In this document: one piece after another, positions 37,851 to 48,866 of the stretch
Layout of the letters: every line of letters starts with the position of its first letter
How positions within the stretch are numbered: position 1 is the stretch's first letter
Translations under genes and position numbers: made by a program
NCBI GenBank assembly: GCA_038087875.1
Contig: CM075992.1
Coordinates: 2,482,001 to 2,546,000, forward strand
DNA length: 64,000 nt
From: Malacoraja senta
Lineage: Eukaryota
Direction of reading: 5' to 3'
Notes under the pieces: generated by a model
Databases searched by the model: none
Seen by the model: the letters and a program-made list of their open reading frames with translations, nothing else
What the model was told of the DNA's origin: nothing

Positions 37851-39712
37851 CAATAGCCTGAGGAGTTTCTCACCAAAATATAATCTGCAATCACATTTTA
37901 AAATCCTCAACAACAAATTTGATTCTAGCCGTGCCCGACTTCTTCTGAGAGATAACTAAGATTCCATCTCAACATAGCTGCCAACTAGCATCAGTTTGTG
38001 AAAATGAGTCAAAATGAATTCAATTATCTGCACATGGAAGTCATAATACACAGCTATTCTTGTAACTAAAGTTTTAAAAGTTATTTACTATAGAATCCAT
38101 GTTTGCTCTTCCAGAGCCTCCTGAAGTTACAGTTGCCTAAATGGAGTCCAAACTGCACGTGAAAAGAGTAAGGGACAGAAAAATCATGGGTGCATAAGTT
38201 GCATATAACACCACCAGTTTCAGATACTATTTAATAAATGATCACAACTCCTCTGTAAAACAAATTTAAATACATAATGTAGAAATCCAGAAAGTAAAAG
38301 ATTATTCCCACAATGGAAGTGGAAGCAAAAACACTTTATTAGAACAGATTTTCAGTGCAAGCCCAAAATACAGTTTATTTCACAATATTGTTGCTTCGCA
38401 TTGTATGAAAACCCACAAAAACCTTATTATATACTCGGGTTTCAATACTCATGGCTCTTACTAAAACCCAACATTTTTCATGTCAAAGCTTCTTGTTTTT
38501 TCACTGTTATATTTTCATTTACCGTAGCCACATATTTCCCACCTTGACTAACTTGGAAAGACAAGCCATGCATACGGAAGGCAGTAATTAGAATCTGAGG
38601 AATCCAGAAGGCCCATTATTTGGAAAGTGAACCAAAATGTCAGACACGTGACCAGATGTCATCACAAAGTGATACATTAAAAAGTTCTTGTAAGAGATTA
38701 ATCTTATTCATTGTTATTTTCCTACCTACAGAACTACGATGCATGTCTGCTAAATATGAACATTCTAGCTTTTTAAAATTCAGTTTGTAAAATGCTTCTG
38801 TGATGTCACACACGTGACCAGTCACACTTGACCTCTTACCCTAAATATTGTCAGCATAAAAATGTCAGCTGATAAACCGAAAAAAATACAAATCATATAT
38901 GCAGCACAAAACAACATACCTGTAAAGCTTCCAGAATTAGAAGAGATGTATTCCTCAATTTTTCATCCTTTTGGTCACATACATGACTAAGAATGGGCCA
39001 GAACCAGTATTGTCAATTCATGTCTATTCAATGACCTTACTACAGAACTATGGAGACACAAGGAATCTTGGGCAAAACACAAACTGCTGGAGTAACTCAA
39101 TGGGTCAGCATCTCTGGAGGGCAGGAATAGACAATGTTTTGGGTCGGTACCTTTATTCAGACTGATTGAGTGGGGGACACAGGAAGGAGAGGGTTTTTTT
39201 TTTAAACTGGGAGGGGGGGGGAATATTACTCCTCTTCTCTCCTTATTTGACACCCTCACTCTTGTCTCCTTTTCATATCTCGCCTTTGACCACCCGTCAG
39301 CCAATCAAAACCCCACACCTGCATGCACACATCACTTGTTCTATCTTTCCCGTCCCCACCTCCTTTCCAGCTTTCTTCCACCTATTTCAATCAGGCTGAA
39401 GAAGGGACTCGACCCAAACTGTCATATCCATGCCCTCCAGAGATGCTGTCTGACCTGCTGAGTTACTCCAGCACTGTGCGTTCCAATACAGATCTAGTTA
39501 CGTAGCAAATATTGGCAATTTTCATCTAATAACAACTCTACGGTTCTCATGCCCATGGCAGCAATTTTTTTTTAAATTTACATGTGCCAAAACAAATAGA
39601 TCAATCATTTCTGTAAATGTTTACATTAAATATATATATATATACACACACACAGTGATTAATAGCATTTTACAAAATTCTAGTAATTTGACACAGAGTG
39701 GTAGTAAACAGA

Positions 39713-39718
39713 TTTATT
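39713..39718 (-). terminator. Candidate SPC24 polyadenylation signal AATAAA
   Basis: First AATAAA noticed on the minus strand downstream of the stop codon (~265 nt). Confidence 0.4.
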
Positions 39719-39983
39719 CCGGCATGTTTGTAGATGAGAAGATTTTCAATCACCACCACTCCATTAGGGAAAACACATTGTCCAACTTACTTTGTTGTAC
39801 AATAAGTCATCTTTTAAATATGGCCTTACAAAAATACCACATCCAAAGAATCTGTTGAATCAACTTTTCACTCATGAAAGCTATATTTTCCAAGATCGAA
39901 GCCATATGACTGGAAAGATTTCATTCAAAACGTGGATACACAAAATATGTAATTCACTTATAGTTCCAGGCCCAGAAAATAAT

Positions 39984-40090
39984 TTACCAATCCGTGCTCA
40001 CCAGACTCCACAGGTAATCGCAGATGAAACTGTCGGAGTGCTTAGTAGAATCAATGTTAATGGGTTGTGCCAAACCCACTCCAAAGTGAA
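39984..40090 (-). CDS. SPC24: SPC24 coding exon 5
   Basis: Branch TTCCTTAAC (40111-40103), cag acceptor, [14 protein letters not shown]. Confidence 0.95.
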
Positions 40091-43000
40091 CTGGAAAGTA
40101 TAGTTAAGGAAATCACTGCATTCTCATCAATCCGAAAAGACACCCTACTTTCCAACACTTGAATAATTAAAAAGGATTGAATGTAAACTTAAAATATAAG
40201 AATCTACTGGCATGTTTTGACCAAAAATAATGTAATAATTTTTTATAAAAGGCACATTGATCAGTTGTTATACTTGTGCATGCAACGTAAGAAAATGGCA
40301 GTGTGGAACATAATAATTACCAATATTCTCAAATTTAACCAGAATGTCAGAAGAGAAATGAAACTTAAAGGCCCAAAACAGACCTTATTAAAACACAACT
40401 TTTAAGCAATTAAAAAAAAATCATTAATCCATTTTCTGTGCTATTCATTAATAAAATTACTTTAAATATTAGCTGTTATTAACTGTCATAAACTGTTTCT
40501 CTGGTAATTCTGGCTTGCCTGAAATTTATTTCTTCTTATCTCTTCCAACCTTTATGATATGTTAATTTTTCATCAATTTACCTTAGATTACAACCATTAT
40601 TGCAAAGATGTTTCAGTTCTCTTACAGAGTAGTTCATGAATTTTAACATGTTCATCCAGGTCAGTAGAGCATATGGTCTTTCAAAATGATCCAATTGTAT
40701 TTCAACTGATCAACCCAATTAGAACCAAAATAGTTTGCAGCTTGGAAAGTAGCCAGTCTGCCCATGTCTCCACCATTTATTTTTAAACTAGTTTTCTTCA
40801 CACTGCCTTTTATAATTAATTCAAATTAAATACCCATATCTATGGAAGTGAAGGAAAAAATGTAAACCTACTGATCTATTTTATGGCAGGCAAGTTATTA
40901 GAAACTATAATTAAAAATTGAGTGGCTGATCATAAATAAATCTTTGGGATCGCAATTTTTGAGTGGTACATGACAGGCATTTTTAGGATTTCAAATATAA
41001 TGAATAGGATAAATGGGGTGAGCTGGTGTGTGGGACAAATGGATATACGGGTGTAAGCAGTTCTGGGGAGAAGGCAGGAGAATGGGGTTAAGAGGGAAAA
41101 ATAGATCAGCCATGATTGAATGGTGGAATAGACTTGATGGGCTGTATAGCCTGATTCTGTTCTTATTACTTATCACCTTATAACTTAAAAAAATACTGGA
41201 AATTAAGCATAATTAAGGATGAACCAATCTCCCGTCTATTGCTTTAAACATGTTAAATCTGCAATTAATGGATGTGTTCTAATGGGATAAAAAAGACAAA
41301 GCAAGTGGAAGGATCTATTGAAGATTTTTTTTGATAGATCTTCAATATATCTGTTGAATATATAGATTCAACATATGAATCATAATATCATAATACCATC
41401 TTGTACTCCAATTCATTTGTTCCCCTTGAAACACCAAGCTTTTTTCTCTGGAAAATTTTGAAAATCTGTGCCACCACTGCTCAATTTACCCCCTTTTATT
41501 TTGAAGATATCGGCCCCAAGCATAACCTTCAATTCATCAGCAGAATTCATCTTTGTAGTCGCATATGAAAGGATACCGCCTCTTACAAGTGAAGGATCGC
41601 AGTCATAGTCCCAAATGATCTTAGTAACCTTGTGGAAGATGTGGGCCAAGTACCTATGCAAACCATATTTAAATATAAGTACTCCACAAAAAGAAACACG
41701 TGTTGCCAACAGCAGCAAATCTTCAAGTTGAGACAGCAACATATCTCTTACATACTATGTGCTATACCATATCTTACAGTCAAAGGCTTGATTATTGCAG
41801 AATGCTCCATGCTTTGTAAGCAGGTTGCTAGTGCATCTGGAGGTCAGGTGCTCATTTTAAGTACTGCACAATTCTACTGCAATCTATAACCACAACTTAC
41901 CATTACGACGATTCCCAATCCTTCAAACTGCACTCAGGCTGTCATGAAGACTGAATTATTTATCCTCGCTGTGCAAAGATGCTGGTTGATCTCCCTCCAC
42001 ACATCACTTAATCCATTAGTCAATCCATATCCGAATATAATACTAAAGACAGTGAAGGTAGAAGTGGCTTTTCAACATAATTTTAAGTATTTTAACTTAC
42101 TTAGTTGATGGAATAACGACTGTAGTATCTTCATCTACCTCCTCTTCCAATTTAGACATTTCTTTTTCAGACTTCTCAAGCACCTCCAGTTCTTTCTGTA
42201 ACAATGTGATCTTTATATATTAAGGAAATTAATTGGTTTAAGTTGGTTATTGTAAATTGGCTCATTTTGCAACATTATAAACCTTTTCCTTTGATCCACA
42301 TACTGTTGGCTTTGCTTAAAAATGTGTTCATCAACAATTATGTATTTATCCTAAATTGTTAGCCATTGCTTGTTGTCATTTTAATGTAGCTTCCCCATCT
42401 ATTATAGCCAAATCACACCATGCCTTTGTAATTTAGCTGTATTCGGATTTGAGGCTCGAGTATCAGATTGGACTAAATCACTATCAATTTGTGTATAAAT
42501 CTTTACAGTATGGGTGGCAATAAATACAGGCCTTGCCACTGATGCCCAAATTCCAATAATGAATATAAACACAAACCACAAGAATCTTATCCTCCATTTC
42601 AATCAACCCTTTGTCACATTTTTAGATCCAAAATTCTTGAGTTGGTTCAACATACTCAACTACAAAATGTCTTCGCTATGCTTGAGTTCATCCTCCACAC
42701 TGTTATTGCTCATTTGGTTTAAAGTTGGTGTGGATTAAAGTTCTCCATTATTATTGTTATACTTGTTAATGCATCTGAATGCATCTACATCTAGCACCCT
42801 CGTCAGCAGGATAACTCAGCTATTCTTCAAAGGTCACACCAAGAAACTCTAAACAAAGCAAATTCCACTAAATGCAGGAAATGCAAACCAAAAGCACAGA
42901 ATGCGACCAATGCTCAGTCAACCACCCATTATTTACCGTGATACATTCGTTTTGAACCAAAGCTAGAAATAATAATTTCCCTCTCCAAAGATGGCGTTCA

Positions 43001-43907
43001 ATTTACTGAATATTTCCAATTTGCTGTTTTACGATTGAAACTGGACTGGAAATCAATCTGCAATTAAGAGCTGGAAAAACACAGGAATTTGCATGCCAGA
43101 GCATTACTGTTTCAGCTAAGGAAAGTACTGAAGTTTTTCTATCTTAAGCACAACATAGTAATAAAGGATATTCAAGTTCCATTTCATTCTTAGAATTCTG
43201 TTGTTGAGTCTCTTTCCACTTTTCTTTAATCTTCTGTAATTCCAGTAAACTTATCTCTCTTTCTTCTCCCACATCTATAACCTCCTGTGCCACGTACTCC
43301 TGTGATTGCTGGATCTCTGAAAATACCAAAATATTATTATATCAAACTTCTTGGACAAACCACATCTATTTCAGAAACTGTACATTGTTTTGTAAGCATG
43401 AAAAAGTCCCTTCCATTCCAAAAACAGTGATTTGCTTGGAATTTGAATTCTATAATGATTATAAAAATTGATGAAAGAGTAAGATTGCAAATAAAAAATG
43501 ATCAATTCACATACATACACAAATCTAATTTCTTCCAACAGTTTTGAACAACGCACACTCAATTTGCCCTTCCAAACAATAACAGAATTAAGCAATGATG
43601 ACTTCAAAGTCAGCAAGTCTGCTGCAAAATCAAACCTTCAAAAGTCTAGTTTCAGATTATAATTATTTTCAAACTTTTACGACTAGGCTTACTAATGGGC
43701 GATTTTAGATAATTCACTTAAAATTCCAAATTTGCTTGGCTTACCTCTTAACTGCTGCTTCACACATTGTTCTACTTCCATATAGACATTCACCATTTTT
43801 GCCTTATAATTCATGGCATTCTGCAGAAGTACTTCCCCTTGACAACCAGAGAGGATAATCATCATCTCATCTGCTAATGCCTTAATCTCTTGCATTTGTG
43901 CCTCCAT
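39984..43907 (-). CDS. SPC24: Kinetochore NDC80-complex subunit Spc24, 198 aa; join(43907-43745,43316-43172,42205-42101,41653-41577,40090-39984)
   Basis: Exons of 163+145+105+77+107 = 597 nt splice in frame to MEAQMQEIK...KQQLR/EIQQSQE...[102 protein letters not shown]-terminal coiled coil plus Spc24 signatures [30 protein letters not shown]. Confidence 0.96.
40091..41576 (-). other. U12-type GT-AG intron (1486 nt)
   Basis: 5'SS GTATCCTTT; consensus branch TTCCTTAAC 12 nt from the AG end. Confidence 0.93.
41577..41653 (-). CDS. SPC24: SPC24 coding exon 4
   Basis: tag acceptor; ends G|GTATCCTTT (U12 GT-AG donor). Confidence 0.94.
42101..42205 (-). CDS. SPC24: SPC24 coding exon 3
   Basis: Branch TTCCTTAAT then CAC| acceptor; AA|gtaagt donor; encodes [14 protein letters not shown]. 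Confidence 0.94.
42206..43171 (-). other. U12-type AT-AC intron (966 nt)
   Basis: 5'SS ATATCCTTT, branch TTCCTTAAT at 42227-42219, terminal AC; the reading frame is preserved only with these termini. Confidence 0.93.
43172..43316 (-). CDS. SPC24: SPC24 coding exon 2
   Basis: ttttcag acceptor; ends GA|ATATCCTTT (U12 AT-AC donor). Confidence 0.93.
43745..43907 (-). CDS. SPC24: SPC24 coding exon 1 (exon starts at 43923 after a cag acceptor)
   Basis: tttcag acceptor at 43924, aagATGg Kozak context, G|gtaag donor. Confidence 0.9.
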
Positions 43908-43989
43908 CTTTGCAGTACACAACCTGAAACAGAAGGCAGTTTAATTTGTTGACATTCATTGACAAATTGAGAGCAATGGCACCTCAATA

Positions 43990-44450
43990 GTCCATTGCTC
44001 CCACTCTTATTAGTGGGTCATTGGTGGAGAGAGTTAACAGCTTCAAATTCCTGGAAGTTACACCTCAGATAACCTGTCCTTGGCCTAGGATCACGAAGAA
44101 GGCACGCCAGCACCTCTACTTTCTTAACAGTTTAAAGACATTCAGCATGTCACCAAACAAACTTATACAGATGCGCTCGACAGGTTGTGTCATGGCATTT
44201 CCAATGCTACAGGAACGCAAGAGGCTGCAGAGTGGTTTACTCAGCCCAGTCCATCACAGGCACAGCCCTCCTCTCCACCAAAAGTATTTATATGAGGTGC
44301 TGCCTCCAGAAGGTAGTGTGTGTCATTAAGAACCCAACCATCCAGGCCATGCCCCTTCTCAATACCACCATTGGGCAGGGTGTACGTAATCATGAAGTCC
44401 CGCACCAGCAGGTTGAGGAACTGCTACACTACAACTATCAGATTCTAGAA
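43990..44450 (+). mobile_element. Old Rex1-type LINE fragment in the SPC24 5' intron
   Basis: VERVNSFKFL...ITKKARQHLYFL..L..F.MSP; decayed. Confidence 0.7.
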
Positions 44451-44669
44451 CATATAATAATAAACCCAGCTTGGCCTACTGCTGACCTTCTGTGAAATAC
44501 CATGGTGACCACATCTCCATTCAATTAACAATAGGAGGAGGGTGTCAAGCATGGGGGAAGGGGCTGATGCCTTTTCCAAGGTTGTGAAGGGAGGGTACTG
44601 ACAGCAACCATTCGCAGGGTTACAAGGGGAGGCAACCCCCACCCAACATCTAGTGGGTGCAAGAGGAAA

Positions 44670-45040
44670 GACTAACATTTCCCCCCTCACTCCAAGGGAT
44701 GAAAGGGAGGTAGACATCTTCCCCACCATTCGGGATAAGGGGGGGGGGACTACATCTCCCCCCCCCCCCCCATGTTGGAAGGGGAGGAACTGACATTTCT
44801 CCCTCACACTCACGGGGATGAACAGACATCTCTCCCACTCTTTGGGGTGAGGGGGTACTAACATCTCCCCCCCCCCCACCACCACCCTCCCCCTTCCTCA
44901 GGGACGCAAGGGGAGGGACTGACATATCCTCCTCCTCATCCCCAACACCTAGGAGCTGCAGTGGGAGGGACAGAAATGTCCCCACTCTCCCACAGGGATG
45001 ATGGGGAAGGGACGGACATCTCCCCCCCCCCTGCCCCACA
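44670..45040 (+). repeat. Degenerate GC-rich minisatellite (~40-60 bp units)
   Basis: Repeated 'ggggg..(act/g)gacat(c/t)tccccccc' units with alternating G- and C-runs. Confidence 0.65.
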
Positions 45041-45099
45041 CTGGGCTGCAAACCCTCTCCACCCGGACGGCTGGGATGAGGGTATCGTTGGGGGGACGG

Positions 45100-45735
45100 G
45101 GTAAGATGGCCGAGGTTGGCGTTGCACTGACCTGCCACCGAGCAGCAGCTAGCTGACGAGTTGGTGCCCCCTCTCCCCGCTGTCCTTGAGTCTGCCCCTC
45201 GTCCCAGAGCCGCGGTTCCTCTCCGCTCCCCCTTGGGCCCAACTCCTGCCCCCAGTTCCTCTCTTCGCTGTCCCTGTCCCTGTCCCTGTCCCTGTCCGAC
45301 CGCCGTTCCTCCTCTCCAATGTCCCTCCCTCTCGCTCTCTCTCTCTCTCCGCTGTCCCCGTCCCTTCACTTGCCGCTGCGGCCCCTCTCCCCTGTCCCTA
45401 CTCCCCCCTCCTCTCTACCCCCTGTCCCTGTCCCTGTCCCTGTCCCTCTCCCTCTCCCAGCGCGGCTCCTCTCCACCGGGTTTCCCGCCTCCACCTCCCG
45501 CGCGCAAACCATTCAAACAGCGCGCGCCCAACGGCCACCGCCGCCTCCGCCAACGGTCATCCGAAGACCCCGCCCGCCTGCCCAGTAAGCTGCCGCATCA
45601 CAAGCAAACTCATATATATATTTTAAATTAAAATCCTTTTTTTCCGATCGCATATCTATTAATTCACTGGGTTTTTTCTCGACGGTAAGGAGGGAGGGGA
45701 GGGGAGGGGGGGGGAGGACAACGGGGCTCCAATTC
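45100..45735 (-). promoter_or_regulatory. CpG-rich SPC24 promoter / non-coding first exon with CHR, E2F, GC-box and CCAAT motifs
   Basis: CpG cluster 45460-45600; TTTGAA (CHR) on - at 45517-45512 preceded by GGCGCGC; TTTCCCGC at 45481-45488; GC box 45568-45575; CCAAT 45729-45733; candidate donor CAG|gtcagt at 45131; (ctgtcc)n low-complexity tracts. Confidence 0.7.
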
Positions 45736-45825
45736 AGTGGGCAAATAAAATAGACACCTAAAAATTACAACTACAACAACTTCACAGCTGGCTGTTGCTG
45801 GAGCAAACCCAACCAAAGGTGAAGA

Positions 45826-46885
45826 TAGACACAGTGGAGAGCATGCTGACTGGTTGCATATATACTCATGACTGCGTAGCCGGACATAGTGCGAACTCCA
45901 TCATCATCTTCTTCTTCTTGCTTATGGCGTGCACAGCCTAAAGTTGTAGGACAACTTGTTCTATTTGATCTTATTTGATTGTGCACGCCGGGTTGATTGC
46001 ATTAGTCGAAACAGGGCGGACCACGCGAAGGTTGCAATCTTCATGTTCGCTGACGACACCACTGTTGTGGGACGAATCACTGATGGGGACAAGTCAGAGT
46101 ATAAAAGTGAGATCGACCGATTGACCAAATGGTGCCTGCACAATAACCTGGCTCTCAACACCAGCAAAACCAAGGAACTGATTGTGGACTTTGGAAGGGG
46201 GAGGATAGGGACCCACAATCCCGTTTATATCAACGGGACGATGGTGGAAAGGTTCAAGAACTTCAAATTCCTGGGCGTGCACATTTCCAAAGATCTTTCC
46301 TGGTCCCAGCACACTGATGTAATCATAATGAAAGCACATCAGCGCCTCTACTTCCTGAGAACTTTACGGAGAGTCGGTATGTCAAAGAGGACTCTCTCGA
46401 ACTTCTACAGGTGCACAGTAGAGAGCATGCTGACTGGTTGCATCGTGGCTTGGTTCAGCAACTTGAACATCCAGGAGCGGAAAAGGATGCATAAAGTTGT
46501 GTCCACTGCCTAGTCCATCATGACCTCCCCACCATCGAAGGGATCTATCGCAGTCACTGCCTCAAAAAGGCAGCCAACATCACAAAGGACCCACACCATC
46601 CTGGCCACACACTCATCTCTCCGCTACCATCGGGTAGAAGGTACAGGAGCCTGAAATCTGTTACATCCAGGTTCAGGAATAGCTACTTCCCCACGTCCAT
46701 CAGGCTATTAAACTCGCCTACAAACAGACTCTGAACTGTAACAGCCTGTTGCACTTTATCTGCTTATTTATGTGTACATTGAACTGAACTGTTCTGCATT
46801 TTTGCTTACAATATTCTGTTGTGCTGCAGCAAGCAAGAATTTCATTGTCCTATCTGGGACATGATAATAAAACTCTCTTGACTTC
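45826..46885 (+). mobile_element. 5'-truncated Rex1 LINE with a nested (GAA)n-tailed insert (~45907-46040)
   Basis: [44 protein letters not shown]; 3'UTR ending actctcttgact. Confidence 0.88.
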
Positions 46886-48574
46886 TTAAATGCTGGAGCA
46901 ACTCAGCGGGTCAGGCAGTTTTCTGTGGAATGAAGGAATGGGTAACATTCCGGGTCGAGATCCTTCTTCAGACTGGGAGAGGGAAAGGAGAGATGTGTAA
47001 GAAAGAACTGCAGATGCTGGTTTAAATCAAAGGTAGACACAAAATGCAGGAGCAACTCATTGGGACAGGCAGAATCTCTGGAGAGAAGGAATGGGTGACG
47101 TTTCTGGTCCAGACCCTTCTTCAGATATGGACAGGAAATGAACGAAAGATATGCAAAAAGCTGCGATGGTCAAGGACAGGTGGAGCCCACAATGGTCCAT
47201 TGTTGGTTCTGGGGTAGATGATAACATGTGGATACAGACAGTGAATCTCAACAGGTCGACAATGAAACTAGATGTTGATATATAGCACAAATGAATGAAA
47301 TATATGCAAAAAAGCAACTATGATCAAGGAACACAGTAAGCAACAGTAACAGTTGCTGTAACAGTCCTGCAGTTCAGAGATGTATAATTTCCAAGGTAGA
47401 CAAAAGTGCTGGAGAAACTCAGCGGGTGAGGCAGCATCTATGGAGTGAAAGAAATAAGCAACGTTTCGGGTCGAAACCCTTCTTCAGACCCTTCTCCATT
47501 TCCAATGTAGTTCAATGTTTATAATGTATTTCAGGGTGACCTATGATCATAAAGAGTATTAGAGAATTGTAAATGAAAATTAAAACACAGCGAATGCTGG
47601 GAAATCTGAAAGAAAAATTGAAAATGTTGGGATCACTCAGGCAGCATGAGTGGAAAAAGATACATTAATTCAATGATGCAAATGCAATTTTATTTTGTAA
47701 CTTAGAGTTGGGCACCAGGTGGCAGTGTGACACTGTGAGCTAAATAACATGTAATCGCAAGTTTATAGCTTTGCAAAAAATGGAGACAAGAATGTTTAAT
47801 TATCAATGCACATGAAATTCTTTCATATTGCAACTTTACATGAATGTTAAGTTCATGTAAAGTTACACAACAAATAAGTATACAATAAATTATCAGTTAT
47901 ACTCGGTAAACCAGACCATGATAGTGCATGCCAAAGTATAGAGGGCATCTTGTATGCATTGTCCATAAAAGTTTGGTGCTGAGGTAGAGTGTTGTGCAGG
48001 ATGGTCAACCCTAACCACTTGATGGAACAAGCTGTCTTGAACCTGGACGTTATGGTTTTCAGGCTCCTGTACCTTTTTCTCAATGGCAGCAGCAATGTAG
48101 CCAGGGTGTTGTAGTTCCTCGATGATATTCATCATAGAAAGATGCAGCATAGAATCAGGACCTTTGGCCCACCCATTTACACTAATCCTACATTGATCCT
48201 ATTCTCTCCACATTCCCATCAGCTACCCCAAATTCAACCAGGCACTTACAGACCCCCCCAGGGTTACAAATGCCTGACTTATGGACACCGTACATATACA
48301 AACAAGCGTTTGGATGGCTGGCCAGATGGATTTGCCGGTCGCTATGTTGCTGCAGGCATCTTTTCCAAGTGGGGACGGTGTGTTTCCATGTGATTTTGCT
48401 CCCCACATCCCCCACCACTACTGAGCCACAATAACTGGGGGATAAGTTGAGCCAAGCAGAGCTGGGAGCGCCGAGCAAACTCACTCACTCACTGAATTAC
48501 TGAGCTCGCCTGCTCCCGCTCGATCCCCCATCACAGCTGTTTCTGTGATCCTCTGCCACGCATTGTTCTTCAGT

Positions 48575-48866
48575 TTCATTTTTTTAGTTTTAGAGATACA
48601 GGGCGGAAACAGGCCCTTCGGCCAACTGAATCTGCGCCGCCCCTGCAAACTAACACGATCCTACACCCACTATGGACAATTTACATTTATACCAAGCCAA
48701 TTAACCTACGTAAGTGTGGGGGGAAACCGAAGATCCTGGCGAAAACCCATGCAGGTCACAGGGAAAACGTACAAACTCCATACGGACAACACCCGTAGTC
48801 ATGATCGAACCGGGGCCTCTGGCGCTGTAAGACAACAACTCTACCGCTGCTCCACCATGCCACCCT
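48575..48866 (-). mobile_element. HE1/V-SINE-like tRNA-derived SINE
   Basis: 5' gggtggcatggtggagcagcggtagagttg (A box), ggttcgatc (B box), conserved central domain, CR1-like tail; an older copy lies at ~48960-49150. Confidence 0.8.

Noticed and set aside
38640..38822. Two acacgtgacca E-box/CLEAR-like motifs
   Set aside because: Not near an identified promoter; short motifs with no supporting evidence.
41413..41742. 109-aa ORF as a standalone gene
   Set aside because: Only 41653-41577 is SPC24 exon 4; the rest is intron read-through.
44445..45631. ORFs of 146-239 aa (Gly/Pro/Cys-rich)
   Set aside because: Translations of low-complexity GC-rich minisatellite and promoter DNA.
48790..48866. 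tRNA gene
   Set aside because: The A/B boxes belong to a tRNA-derived SINE head that continues into SINE body and tail; no complete cloverleaf.
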